Shown: positions 35,001 through 44,267, numbered from the stretch's first letter. The stretch: DNA of 64,000 bases from Lentisphaeria bacterium (GCA_041690595.1 JAWLHB010000037.1:1-64000); one strand, 5' to 3'. The notes: generated from the letters alone by a model not told the origin. Numbers and translations are program-made.

Positions 35001-38000
35001 CAGGTACCGTTGCCGTCGAAGTCCCACTCGTAGCGGATGATCGCGCGGGTACTGTCGGTGTGATACGATCTGGAGCCGTTGAAGTGGAGGGGCTGACCGT
35101 AGCCCCAGATGGGCGGCGCGTCGATGACGGCGACGGGAGGCTGCACGAAGAGGGTCGGCGTCAGCATGACGATGGCCCATGCGGTACTGAGGTCATAGCC
35201 GATGTAGCTGGAACTGCCGTCCCAAGTGCGATACCACTTGCCATCGGCTTGTTGTTCGCGGACCACCTTGGCACGAACGCCGACATCGGGATCGTTGTAC
35301 CAGTCGACGCCGGTGTGGCGGAAGACGGGGATGGCGTTCGGCCGGGCGGTTCGCATGGTTTTCACAAAAGCATAGAGGTAGTAGTAGTTGTTGTAGTCAT
35401 TACCGCCGAGCGGCCAGGCCGCGGCGATGTAGTCTTCGCTTGCCCGCCAGCGGCTGGTGGTATGCCAGACGCCGTTGAAGGCAAGCTGAACCATGCCGGA
35501 AACAGTCGGCGCGTACCAACCGGAAGAGGAATAGCTGTTGGCGCCCGAGTAGCCGTAGAGCGTGCCGTTCGAGGAGTTTGTGAGCCAGATGTCATTCTCA
35601 GTGCGGACAAAGTCGGGGGCGCGGATGCCGAAGTTCTCCTCCGCGGCGAGCAGTCCGATGGCGCCCCACTGGGCGGCCGAATTGTCTGCGTCGCTGTTCC
35701 AACTGTAGCGCCAGCCGCCGCGTTTGGTGCCGCTGTCGGTCTGCCCCCAGGCATACATGTCGACCATGTCGGTAAGGATGTCGAAGAAGAGGCGTCCCTT
35801 GACCACGCCGGTGCGCGCCACGGCAAGGGGACTTTGCGAGGAGGCGATGGCGTCCATCAACTGCCCCAACTCGTAGATCTGGCGACTGCTGTTGACACTG
35901 ACACCGATGCCGTTGCCGTTGGTGTCGGGATTGCCGGCGGTCTGCATGCCAATGGTTACATCGATCAGTTTGGTAAAGAGAAAATCAAAACCCCTGTTGA
36001 CGGTTTCGACGTAGGGATCGTCGTGCCAGTCGCCCCGGATGCCATGACCATTGATCTCGAAAGCATGGAGGACGGAGGCCGTGCAGCTTGCATGGTAGGA
36101 GCTGTAGGTGCTGGTCCAGGCACCGGTGCTCTGCTGGCTCTTGTGCAGGTACCAGAGCCCCTCGTCGACGGCAATATCGCCGCGGGTCGACGAGGTATCC
36201 GGCTGCAGGCGCAGGTAATAGTTGTCCGAGACGGCAACGCCTGATGGATCCCAGACAGTGAGGACAGCAGTGAATGGCTTACCCGCCGAGCCTGTGTAAG
36301 CATGTGTCGCCTGGATGGCGCGCCGATTGGTGACGGCGGCCGGCGTCAGCGGGTACGGATCGCTGCCGTCGCCGAAATCCCACTGATAGGTGTAGTTGAC
36401 CCCTTGGGAGCCGCGCACCATGCCCTTGAGGGTAGCGGTGTTGCCGCTGATGGCGGCATGGGCGGCATTGGGATCGCCGCGCCACGGTACGCACAGCACC
36501 TCGTGCGTGGCGGTTGGATCGATGACGGCAGTCGTCAAATCGGTGGCGCTTTGACCGGCGCCGTCCACGACGGTGAGTTGGACCTGGTAGGTGCCGGCGG
36601 CGGCGTAGGTAAACGCGGTGCGCATGCCGCTGGCGTCGAGATCATTGGCCGGATCGCCGTCACTGTCGCTGTCGACGGTTACATCCATGTCCCAGAGATA
36701 CTTGACGATGCCCTGTTGTACAGTTGGATCGAGGTTGTCGTGCGAAGCGGAAGCGTCGAGATAGACGGGTGGCCCGCCTTGCCCGCCGGTATACGGGCCT
36801 CCCGCGCTGGCGACGGGGATGGTGCTGGTGACGACGCTGACGGTCAGGGTATCGGGTGCCGATTCCTGCCCGGCTCCATCATAGACGGTCAGCGAAACTT
36901 CGTAATCGCCGGTAGTGCGATAGATGTGGCTCGGCCGGCGACCGCTGCCGAGACTGCCATCGCCAAAGTCCCATTCAAACCGCGAGACGCCTTCATCGTC
37001 GGTGGATTGCCCGCCATCGAAGAGGGTCAGCCAGCCAATTTCGGTGGAAAAGTCGGATCCGGCGATGGCGACAGGCGTCTGCCCAGCCGTGAGGGTGACG
37101 GTGGCCGTATCGATGTCCGTCTGGTTGAGGTGGTCGGTGACGCGCAGAGCCACGACGCGGCTTCCTGCGCCGAGGAAGGTGTGCGCGGCGATACTGCCGC
37201 TGTCGCCGCTGGGCTGGAAGCCGTTCTCGGGGAGGTAGTTCCAGTCCCAGTCGTATTTCCAGATGCCGTTGTCGTCGGTACTGCCGGCGGCCGAGAAGGT
37301 GATTGTCCACGTGTTCTGGACTGCCCCGGTCTCGTCCGCGGTGCGGTCGGGGCCGACATCGGCGACGGGGGGCTGACCATAAGAGAGTTGCACGGTCGTG
37401 GCAGTGGTGTGGGTGTTGAGCCCCTGGTCGGTCACCGTGAGGGAGATCTGGCGAATGCCGGCAGGTTCGTACATGCGAACGATGGGCGTGGCGCCGACGG
37501 CAATTTCGCTGATGTCGTCAATGAGGGTAGTTCCACGGATGTTGCAGACGCCCCGGCGGAAGGTCGCATCGGTAAAGCGCGTGGAATTGACCAGCGGCAC
37601 CCACGGCCCGTCGCCGGTGGCGCGGTAGGAATAGAGGGCGCCGGCGCCGCTCTTGAGTTCCACGCGGAAATCGTACCATGTATCATAGGTGAGGGTGACG
37701 CCGGTGTTCGTCTGAGTACCGCGCTCGTACACGTAGAGGATGCCATTGTTGATGCGGAAGCTGTAGGTCCATTGGGCGTAGGCATAGTCGGTGCTGTCAG
37801 TCTTGAAGCCAGTGAAGACATCGGCGGCGCCTGGAACCTTCTGGCGCCATTCCATGGCCATGGCGCGGCCGCGGCTGTAGCTGTCGTGGCTGACGAGATA
37901 ATGCGTCCCATTGGTGTTAGCGGTGTTGACGATGGTCACCATGTCGCCGCCGGTGGTGCCGCTACCGACGGCCCATTTGGTCTCATTGATGGAACTGCCC

Positions 38001-41000
38001 GCAAAGTCGTCCACGCCCAGATACCAGAGATGATTGACGATCGAGGAATCGGGGTCGGAAGAGGCACTGCCATCGAGACTGACGGTCCAGGCGCCACGTT
38101 CAGCTGGGGCGCCCACCTCCGTAAAGAGATAAGGGCCGCCGGGGCGCGCAACGGGAGGCACGCCATTGGTGAGGGTGACGGTAAGGGGGTCGAGATGCTG
38201 AAGCCCGGCGTGATCGGTAACGCGAAGGGCTACCGTGTAGACGCCCTCCTGCGTCCACTGGTGACTGCCTGAGACGCCGGAGTGGAGGGGATGGAAGACG
38301 GCGTCATCATAGTCCCAGTCCCATTCGTACATCCAGATGCCATGATCGTCGGACGAGGCGCTGGCGGAGACGTTGACGGTCCAGACGCTGTCGGTGGCGT
38401 CCGCCTCGTCCTGCACGACGTCGCTTCCCGCATTGGCCACGGGCGGGGCGTTACTGGCGGTCGTGATGGTGACGGTATCGCTGTCTTGATTGCCCGATGG
38501 ATCGGTGACAGCAAGCTCGATGAGATGCTGGCCTGCGCCGTAGAGCCGCACCACGGGTTGCGCTCCCGCGGCGATGTCACTGAAGCTGGTGAGGGTGAAG
38601 GTGCTGCGATAGACATCGATGCTGCGGCGCAAGGGGGAGGTCGTGCCGGTGCTGGTTTCCTTGAGCAGGGTCCATTCGGCGGTGCCCGCCGGTCTTATCA
38701 GGTAGCGTGCACCACCACCCGGCTTCACCTCGATGCGGATATCGTAGACGGTATCGTAGGCGTAGGTGCCGGCGGTGCCGCGATTGCTGCCCGCTTCATA
38801 GATTTCGATGCGGCCGGTGTTGAAGTAGATGCAGTGGGCCAGGTTGTTGTAGTAGTAGGTGTCCGTGTCGTTCTTGAAACCGATCATGCCCATGGAACTG
38901 GTCGTGGAGGATAGGGTGGCCTCCAGGACCAGCCCATCGGCCCGCGCGTAGGCGGCGCGCGAGCCAAACCAAGTGGCTCCCCAGGAATTGTTTCCGGTGA
39001 TCGACAGGCCGTTGTTCTGGGCAACGCCGACGGGACTGATACTCCATTTGCCGTGGTCCAACTCCGTACCGGCGAAGGTGTCGGTTCCCATGTCCCATTG
39101 CCAGATCAGCTCATTCGAGGCTGTATCCAGATCCGTGCTTGCGGTGCCATCGAGGGTGACTGCATAGCCGGTGAACTGCACATTGCCGCTGATTTCGTCG
39201 ACACTCTGGGGAGGGCCGGCATCGGCCACGGGCGCCGTAGTGGCCAGGCTGGAGAAGGTGACGGTGCCAACGGCGCTTTGCTCAACGGCATCCTGAACGG
39301 ATACCGTTGCCGTAGTCGTTCCGGGATTGAAGCGGCGCAGAAGTGGCGGGGGGCCAATCTTGAGGTTGTCGACCTGCCAGGACGAATCATAGGTGGCAAT
39401 GCCGACCTTGCCGCCTTGGAAGAAGCTCTCATGAAGGAAGCCGATCGCCTGATCGTCGATGTAGAACTCAAGGAAGCCGTTGCGGCGGACAACCTGGGCG
39501 CGATAGGTCGCGCCTTCGATGATGTTGACGGGGAGCGGGAAGGTGCCGAGGTTCGTGTTCGAATTATTGACTTTGCGGTAGATGATAACGTCATTGATGC
39601 CGCGGCCACGATAATGCACCTCCAGAAGGTTGGTGCTGTTCTGGTAGTCGAGCAGAAAGATGAACTCATCTCCGTATCCAGCGAGATTGCGAATGTCGGC
39701 GCTCACCGCGTAATCGCCCGCCTGCACGACGTTGCCGACGATGGCAGCGCGGTCGTGGGTGAGGTTACTCTGGAGGAGATTGAAGCTGCCTGTAAGAGGG
39801 TTCGACGAACTGATGGTCCATTCCCCGGTTTCCGGCGTGAAGTCGGCGAGGGTGCCGTCTTCAAAGGAGTAGGTGCGGAAGTTGTTGGGTTGAACCCGGG
39901 TGGAGAATCCGCGCGTGACGCTGAGGTTGTCGAACTTTGCTGAGCCGCTGTAGGTGGTCAAGCCAATCCGGCCTTCAGGATAGTCGTAAAGCAGCGCCTC
40001 GCCGATGAGCCGGCCATCGACGTAGACCGTACACCGTTGACCGACCAGCTCGACCCGCAGGCGGTAGGTGACTCCCTTCTGCACGTCGAAGCCGAGTGGC
40101 CAGTCCGCATACTGGCGGCTTGAATTGTACCAGGTGGTGCGGATCAGCAGATCGTCTTCCGTGCGGCCGCGAAAGATAATTTCGTGGCTGGCCCATTCAT
40201 CGATTCCGCCAAGGAGCAGGATGGCCTCTTCGCCGGTGCCCGCGATCAATTGCAGATCCACTTCGATGGTGACATCCTGGCCCATGTGGCCGATAGGTTC
40301 GTTGAACATGATGTCGGTGCGTGCCAGGGTCGTGTTGGTCTGGAGGAGGGAAGCACTGCCGCTGATGGGACTGACGGTGTCGACGGTCCATTCGCCTGCA
40401 AAGGGATACCATCCGTCGAGGGCGGTGGCCGATTCGAAGTCGAAGGCCAGGTCGTCGTCAAAGCTCCAGGAATAGGTGGCAATGCCTTCATCGTCGCCGG
40501 CAAAGTCGTCAACCTGCAGGAGCCGTGGCCAGGAGCCGTTGACAATGGAGGCTTCGTCAAGGGGCACGTTGGCGGCGGGGACGGTGGGGGATTGATTGGT
40601 AACGCGGACGATCGCGGCGGCGGTGTGCCGCGTGCCGTTGCCGTCGGTGACGGTGAGAGTGGGGTGGTAGATGCCTTCGGCGATATAGGTATGGACGGCG
40701 TTGCCTGGTGCGGTTTCGGCAGTCTGGTCCGCCGTGCCGTCGCCAAAAGACCAGATGTGACTGACGATGGCAACATCATCATCAGAGTCATTGCCGGCGA
40801 AGGTGGCTGCCGTGCCGGCCAGGATGGTTTGGGTCGCCGGAGAGATGACCGCCAGCGGGGCACCTTCGGCTCGAATGGCTGGTGGTGCCGCGACTCCAAG
40901 TGCATACGCGTCCAGTGTGCCGAGCTGAAGTGGCGCCGCGAAGGTCGGGTTGCCGTCCACGTCGAGGCCGGTACCGGCAAAGAAGTGGAGGGTACCGTTG

Positions 41001-41866
41001 GAGGAATATCGCGTCATGACGATATCGAGGATGCCATCGCCGTTGTAATCGGTGGCATCCAGAGCGGCATGGGAGTCGAGGTCCAGAACGGGCAGGAGAA
41101 CACCCGGCGCGAAGGTGCCGTCACCGTTGCCGGCGAACCATGTGCTGGTGCCGCTGCTGCCGCCGTTGGTAAGGATGTCATGGAAGCCGTCGCGATTGAA
41201 GTCGCCGGCCACCAGCCCATAGGGATCGTCACCGACATCGGCAACAAAAACAGGGCTGGTAAAGGTGCCGTCCCCATTCCCCTGAAAATACTCGAGAAAG
41301 CCGTCGGAATAGCGGGTTCGGACCAGATCGAGATGGCCATCGCCATCGAAGTCGGCAAGATCGACGGCCCTTCCCTGGCCACCGAGGCCGGTGATTGGCC
41401 AGTGGGAGAAAGAGCCGTCGCCATGGTTGAGCATGACGGTGCAGGCGCCGAAGGTCCACGAGACAACGACATCGAGAAAGCCGTCGTTGTTGAGGTCGCC
41501 GGTGGCCAGCCCCCGGCAGTGTCCACCGTAGGACTCGACGCCGCTTATCGGTGGGACCAACTGGCGGGAGAAGAGGTTGGCGCCATCATTGAGGTAAAGG
41601 ATCGGGAAGGCGCGGTTGTACAGCCAGCCCATCGCCATGACGTCGAGGTGACCATCGTTGTTGAAATCGCCGGCGCAGATGGTGCGCGGGTTACTGTAGG
41701 CGTGCCGGTCGATCATCAGGATCGGCCCGAAGGCGTTGGTGTCGCTGCTCCACTCGGCGGCAAAGATTCCGCCGTTATCGGTGCCGGCGATGACCAGGTT
41801 GTCGGCGTTGATGGCAGAGGAGATCGTCATCGACAAGGTGGCTACTATCCATAGTACTCTTTTCAT
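29072..41866 (-). CDS. Giant (4264 aa) secreted modular protein: FG-GAP/VCBS repeats, PKD, ConA/lectin-like, terpene-cyclase/prenyltransferase-like barrel, Ig-like repeats, Fn3-associated, Big_9, Calx-beta
   Basis: Signal peptide; five (G/A/T)D(F/L/Y)N/D.DG..D repeats; many WDFGDG/LRVTD PKD motifs; GGWRY and QQ..G.W motifs; IHYTTDGSEP; PVAVDDSY..GSFTY; GTLIFAPGET..E.DE.F. Confidence 0.9.
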   Translation of the reverse strand: MKRVLWIVATLSMTISSAINADNLVIAGTDNGGIFAAEWSSDTNAFGPILMIDRHAYSNPRTICAGDFNNDGHLDVMAMGWLYNRAFPILYLNDGANLFSRQLVPPISGVESYGGHCRGLATGDLNNDGFLDVVVSWTFGACTVMLNHGDGSFSHWPITGLGGQGRAVDLADFDGDGHLDLVRTRYSDGFLEYFQGNGDGTFTSPVFVADVGDDPYGLVAGDFNRDGFHDILTNGGSSGTSTWFAGNGDGTFAPGVLLPVLDLDSHAALDATDYNGDGILDIVMTRYSSNGTLHFFAGTGLDVDGNPTFAAPLQLGTLDAYALGVAAPPAIRAEGAPLAVISPATQTILAGTAATFAGNDSDDDVAIVSHIWSFGDGTADQTAETAPGNAVHTYIAEGIYHPTLTVTDGNGTRHTAAAIVRVTNQSPTVPAANVPLDEASIVNGSWPRLLQVDDFAGDDEGIATYSWSFDDDLAFDFESATALDGWYPFAGEWTVDTVSPISGSASLLQTNTTLARTDIMFNEPIGHMGQDVTIEVDLQLIAGTGEEAILLLGGIDEWASHEIIFRGRTEDDLLIRTTWYNSSRQYADWPLGFDVQKGVTYRLRVELVGQRCTVYVDGRLIGEALLYDYPEGRIGLTTYSGSAKFDNLSVTRGFSTRVQPNNFRTYSFEDGTLADFTPETGEWTISSSNPLTGSFNLLQSNLTHDRAAIVGNVVQAGDYAVSADIRNLAGYGDEFIFLLDYQNSTNLLEVHYRGRGINDVIIYRKVNNSNTNLGTFPLPVNIIEGATYRAQVVRRNGFLEFYIDDQAIGFLHESFFQGGKVGIATYDSSWQVDNLKIGPPPLLRRFNPGTTTATVSVQDAVEQSAVGTVTFSSLATTAPVADAGPPQSVDEISGNVQFTGYAVTLDGTASTDLDTASNELIWQWDMGTDTFAGTELDHGKWSISPVGVAQNNGLSITGNNSWGATWFGSRAAYARADGLVLEATLSSTTSSMGMIGFKNDTDTYYYNNLAHCIYFNTGRIEIYEAGSNRGTAGTYAYDTVYDIRIEVKPGGGARYLIRPAGTAEWTLLKETSTGTTSPLRRSIDVYRSTFTLTSFSDIAAGAQPVVRLYGAGQHLIELAVTDPSGNQDSDTVTITTASNAPPVANAGSDVVQDEADATDSVWTVNVSASASSDDHGIWMYEWDWDYDDAVFHPLHSGVSGSHQWTQEGVYTVALRVTDHAGLQHLDPLTVTLTNGVPPVARPGGPYLFTEVGAPAERGAWTVSLDGSASSDPDSSIVNHLWYLGVDDFAGSSINETKWAVGSGTTGGDMVTIVNTANTNGTHYLVSHDSYSRGRAMAMEWRQKVPGAADVFTGFKTDSTDYAYAQWTYSFRINNGILYVYERGTQTNTGVTLTYDTWYDFRVELKSGAGALYSYRATGDGPWVPLVNSTRFTDATFRRGVCNIRGTTLIDDISEIAVGATPIVRMYEPAGIRQISLTVTDQGLNTHTTATTVQLSYGQPPVADVGPDRTADETGAVQNTWTITFSAAGSTDDNGIWKYDWDWNYLPENGFQPSGDSGSIAAHTFLGAGSRVVALRVTDHLNQTDIDTATVTLTAGQTPVAIAGSDFSTEIGWLTLFDGGQSTDDEGVSRFEWDFGDGSLGSGRRPSHIYRTTGDYEVSLTVYDGAGQESAPDTLTVSVVTSTIPVASAGGPYTGGQGGPPVYLDASASHDNLDPTVQQGIVKYLWDMDVTVDSDSDGDPANDLDASGMRTAFTYAAAGTYQVQLTVVDGAGQSATDLTTAVIDPTATHEVLCVPWRGDPNAAHAAISGNTATLKGMVRGSQGVNYTYQWDFGDGSDPYPLTPAAVTNRRAIQATHAYTGSAGKPFTAVLTVWDPSGVAVSDNYYLRLQPDTSSTRGDIAVDEGLWYLHKSQQSTGAWTSTYSSYHASCTASVLHAFEINGHGIRGDWHDDPYVETVNRGFDFLFTKLIDVTIGMQTAGNPDTNGNGIGVSVNSSRQIYELGQLMDAIASSQSPLAVARTGVVKGRLFFDILTDMVDMYAWGQTDSGTKRGGWRYSWNSDADNSAAQWGAIGLLAAEENFGIRAPDFVRTENDIWLTNSSNGTLYGYSGANSYSSSGWYAPTVSGMVQLAFNGVWHTTSRWRASEDYIAAAWPLGGNDYNNYYYLYAFVKTMRTARPNAIPVFRHTGVDWYNDPDVGVRAKVVREQQADGKWYRTWDGSSSYIGYDLSTAWAIVMLTPTLFVQPPVAVIDAPPIWGYGQPLHFNGSRSYHTDSTRAIIRYEWDFDGNGTWDFTTSQATDPGATYTYPDPNPEVGGDLPTTFLVRLRVTDDNLPPQTDTIEFQLVVAEPPHAPYARISGPDAVTQGITRSFDGSASFDIDPGDRITLYEWDVNNDGVAEWSGADMSRIGHAFSTIGFASIALRVTDNGVLNDDVPLVSEWEYLRVQVSGNLAPVSRPGGPYLTYAYEPLTVDGSASSDPNGDSLSFAWDLDDDSVTDVATASFAHTWTEAGIYTLTLAVSDSVLANTETTTVTVLPNHLLTVSSTPVSGLLISGSQSGTTGYSVRVHDQETVTLTAPEYAASGLVDYRFLHWQLDGADMTAGQTSISFQMLQPHACVAVYGIVPRQLTVQSSPGGGVIITGTPGGSTPYLAVMDDHGSVSLSAPLTATFSGNAHRFVGWLFDGQAQDVGVTSLTFNIEEDVTVTAQYEIVTHLLQVDSAPWSVIEITGTHPGTTPYARTIADGTSVSLTAPSTANDEIFLWWENASHSIIDPSASIAFTARADSRLLARYTLKHDLFTDNARGAMWYGYTDPADPIHLLETDERLELRATAEADNDARYVSRGWMLNAEQSFMMQVDWHLDAPNANDAGLSFGIAAGASDSVELAVGQTSGDGAIYKVITQTAGNEPTGTAIARSTTGGTLYMGYDASTDSLYLSVNGYWRTADPDNGDWVLQNLLQSPFDPATQAFVVYLNGWSTASTVGPSTAWFDDFLLVSGVTIVPPVRELAVSSFPITEVPVTVSPADNTELLGAPTSFTRTYDIGFPVKLSVPAVIDGYAFSHWEIAGEWTTGQQTVNLVMADDIAAVAHYAPTRLLTVESLPVSGVAISGTHPGATAYSVIVADGATVNLEAPASLLIDETDYDFVRWIVNETSQPEAVRSLNLALAEDTLCTAEYAVRSTVATPTFLPDGGSYAGVALDVVVTCATPGAVIHYTTDGSEPTEASPSVASGGTISVDLPGQLKARAWRTPWNPSSVKSAQYNQIETNDPPVAVDDSYTVDEDVTLVVAEPGVLSNDWDNQGQNLTVSLVTGVTTGTLTLSANGSFTYVPAAGFDGIVTFTYRAFDGQAYSAPATVTITVTDIREVVSVTAIDDSAHENGESGTFRITRTGTNSLPLTVLFSLGGSADNGVDYATLSSPAIIPAGAWTVDLVVSPLEDGVYDPLETVILALLPDPAYDLGSSTAATVTIDDALPSLSIAGTSVTEGDIGVTIATIAITLDEPNVLTTTVSYRLLPGTATAGEDYIDAAGMITFPPGSTSHLLDLSIITDEVDEADETFFVELHSPVSAAIGTAMATVTILNDDIAIVSTANARAYESTGSGTVTVELSLVSSFTVTVPWQTLDGNGTQAAVAPQDYSAANGTLIFAPGETSKEITLTIVDDDTVEGDESFLVQLGTPVNAIAGTTTAIVTIVDNDVPTILVEDISVWEPGSGTLPDGEFVLMLSEPSPLPVTVSYHSVEGTATPDEDYESTSGTLTFAPYAMTVTVTVRILHDTWVEGDEQFDLVLTNAVNASLDDDAATCTILDNDTPRLQLVIAPTTFSEADGPQAAIGTVTRNSLEPLTCTLASSDTSEATVPSTLLFAANQTSATFAISAQDDTLIDGEQQVTIVASATSYLNAVFAVTVTSDDQPHNIVYTFNVRGNRHGGYAGPVDIAGYLIFDLDNQAVTILAKGMDGSQTNVTYADGDAIWFNTGTQPSDFWSLTNRCAVTMLGPGQIAEYAHLAMVGVVSPSLLDLGGAATGLAPQMLSGLWTAGRAIGPTSFASANAQARIDLARTRAANSAILSHAQLVEQLAAEAGITITATASAPELMTEESSYPGGPLVLYNSTITGYEVVDGIYRQVNYPGYLLVDFGTSEVRLLKAKVSERTYTIDDLMHGNRIRYTLQLGTTSYRFLGSQYNDEQSSRFWLANGRRTIVTIRPNTQVSIPLTLAGDISNHYQDCGNVSQLKLQANVRGETLLLNATPMSIDAAMDWVEQNLVPGTYTREGYYY

Positions 41867-42128
41867 GCTTAGGTCCCTCTTCTATTTTCCCCTTCAACAG
41901 CGGGCATGTATCGCCTCACCGGCGCTGGCTTGCCGGCTGTGTCGTCGAAGAGACATTCGCTATTCAGGCAGAATGCAACACCTCACTATTGGTACACACC
42001 CCCTCGGTATGCCCGTGAGACGCCGCCTAACCTATATCGTGGAAATGCCCGCACTTTTGCCTCACTTGAAGAATAGCGAAGCGATGCCCCATTTGCAAGA
42101 AGTCACCGAGAGAATTCTGACGGCGCAA

Positions 42129-42914
42129 CTAGCGGGCCGTGTAGCCGCCGTCGACCGGGAGGTTGGCGCCGGTAATGTACGAGGCGGCATCGCTCGCCAG
42201 GAAAACCACCGCGCCTTTGAGATCATCGTCGCCGGCCAGACGATGGAGCATCGTATGACGGCTGTAGTTTTCCAGAAAGCGCGGATCGTGCGCTTCAGTC
42301 TGGTACCCACCGGGGCTGACGCAGTTACAGCGCACCCCGCGACTGCCGTAATAGCTGGCTATGAAGCGGGTAAAGTTGATCAAGCCGCCCTTGTGGAAGA
42401 AGTAGTCGGGATACCAACCGCTCATCCCGGTGCCTTCGTAGATCCATGGATCCGGGGCGATCATGCCGTGTATGGAGCCGATGTTGACGATCGCTCCGCG
42501 CCCACGTTCCGCCATGGCATCGCCAAAGGCGCGGGTAATGCAGAAAAGGCCGGTGGCATTGACGTGCATGCTCAGGTCGAAGCTCTCCACCGCGTCCGCG
42601 TACGCGTTCTTCATCGGCCGAAGGACTGCATTGTTGACCAGGATGTCGCAACAGCCCGCCTTCTCCAGAACGTTGTCGCGCAGGGCCAGAATGGAGGATT
42701 CGTCGCCTTGATCGAAGGCGAGAGCTTCCACCTGGTGGCCCAGCTGCTGGTGAGCGTTGGCGATTTCCTGCAGTGGCGCGAGTTGGCGCGAGGCCATGAA
42801 AACACGGGCGCCGGCTTCCGCCAGGCCTGCCACCAGTTGCCGTCCGTAAAGCCCGGCGCCGCCCGTGATCAGTGCAACTCTGCCGCTCAATGAGAACAAC
42901 TCGGTGACGTGCAT
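42129..42914 (-). CDS. Short-chain dehydrogenase/reductase
   Basis: TGGAGLYG, VNNA, catalytic S and YFFHK, PGG, ITGANLPVDGG. Confidence 0.93.
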   Translation of the reverse strand: MHVTELFSLSGRVALITGGAGLYGRQLVAGLAEAGARVFMASRQLAPLQEIANAHQQLGHQVEALAFDQGDESSILALRDNVLEKAGCCDILVNNAVLRPMKNAYADAVESFDLSMHVNATGLFCITRAFGDAMAERGRGAIVNIGSIHGMIAPDPWIYEGTGMSGWYPDYFFHKGGLINFTRFIASYYGSRGVRCNCVSPGGYQTEAHDPRFLENYSRHTMLHRLAGDDDLKGAVVFLASDAASYITGANLPVDGGYTAR

Positions 42915-43139
42915 GAAGGGAAGACTCCTGGGTAGCTGAAGGGATATGAATGATTTCGGCGATTACCTTACCCCCGGTTCCCAGAATTGACCAGACGAAA
43001 TCCGAGCTTGTGCGGGCGAGGCTTGGTGTGGACGCCGTTTGTTTTGTTCCCCGAAGAGCCCAAGCGCGTTGTGTCTGAGCCGCCAGACACCTATATTGGC
43101 TCTCTGCGTATTCACGGAACCTGGCGAGGCGAGCTGTCG

Positions 43140-44267
43140 ATGACGAACAAGACAAGTGCAAGAATCCTGGTGGTCGATGACGACAACCTGGTACGGCTGA
43201 CGACGGCGCGTCTGCTCCGGAATTGCGGGTATACTGTTGAGGTGGCGGAGAATGGCAGGGATGCCTTGAGTCTGATGAACGCCTTCCGACCGGATCTGGT
43301 GCTTTGCGATGTGATGATGCCTGACATGGAGGGGCCGGAAGTCTGCCGGCGCATCAAGAGCAATCCCGCGTGGGCGGGAACCTATGTCATACTTCTGTCC
43401 AATCTGCGGACCGATTCGGACACCGTCTCGAAGGCGCTCGAGGAAACGGCGGACAGCTATATCGGCAGGCCGATCGCGGCTCGGGAACTGCAGGCTCGGG
43501 TAAAGGCAGCGCTACGGGTCCGTGAGGCCGAGTCCAAGCTGGCCAAGGCCGAGAAGATGGCCGCGCTCGGCCGGGTGATCGGCGGCATCGCACACCAGTT
43601 CAACAACATCAATACCGTGTTGGCGGGACAACTCGAGCTGCTGAAGCTCGATCCAGAGCTCTCTGCCAAGTCGCTGACTCGCGTCGAGCACATGCGCAAA
43701 GCGCTCAATCGCGAGATCGATATTACGGAAAAACTGCTGCTGTACGCGCAAAAGCAGTCATTCGAGCCGGTCGAGGTGGATCTTGCTGACGCGATCGACC
43801 AGTGCATACTGGCACAGCTGCAGCGTATTGCGCAGGACGGCATCGCGGTCAGCCTTGACTTGGAGCCTGGAGTGGTGGTAGTGGTCGATCAGGTGATGCT
43901 GGATCATGTGCTGGAAGGGCTCATTGACAATGCCTGCCATGCCTGCATCGGCAGGGATGTTCGGGAACTGGTGATCTGGGCGCGCGCCGAGGATGACATG
44001 GGGGTAGTCAGCGTTCGTGACAGCGGGCATGGCATTGCCGACCGCGATCGCGACATCATCTTCCAGCCCTTCTTCAGCCGTAAGGGAGAGCATGCCGACG
44101 CGGATTCGCCATGGATGGAGCTGAAAGGGCTTGGGTTGACCCTCAGTGTTTCCCTCATGGTGATACAGGCGCAAGGCGGCAGCATGGACTTCGCCTCCCA
44201 GGTAGGCGCGGGTACTACCTTCACCTTCCGACTGCCGCTGGCTGTTCCATCGCCAGAGGCGGACTAA
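43140..44267 (+). CDS. Hybrid REC-histidine kinase without sensor domain
   Basis: ILVVDDD, LCDVMMP; GIAHQFNN, IDNA, DSGHGI, FQPFFS, GLGL, GTTF. Confidence 0.88.
   Translation: MTNKTSARILVVDDDNLVRLTTARLLRNCGYTVEVAENGRDALSLMNAFRPDLVLCDVMMPDMEGPEVCRRIKSNPAWAGTYVILLSNLRTDSDTVSKALEETADSYIGRPIAARELQARVKAALRVREAESKLAKAEKMAALGRVIGGIAHQFNNINTVLAGQLELLKLDPELSAKSLTRVEHMRKALNREIDITEKLLLYAQKQSFEPVEVDLADAIDQCILAQLQRIAQDGIAVSLDLEPGVVVVVDQVMLDHVLEGLIDNACHACIGRDVRELVIWARAEDDMGVVSVRDSGHGIADRDRDIIFQPFFSRKGEHADADSPWMELKGLGLTLSVSLMVIQAQGGSMDFASQVGAGTTFTFRLPLAVPSPEAD

Noticed and set aside
35150..36190. Genuine squalene-hopene cyclase or alpha-2-macroglobulin
   Set aside because: No DXDD or CxEQ motif; single barrel within a secreted protein
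41867..42128. c-di-GMP riboswitch or sigma54 promoter ahead of the giant gene
   Set aside because: No GEMM-type motifs and no correctly spaced GG/GC pair found
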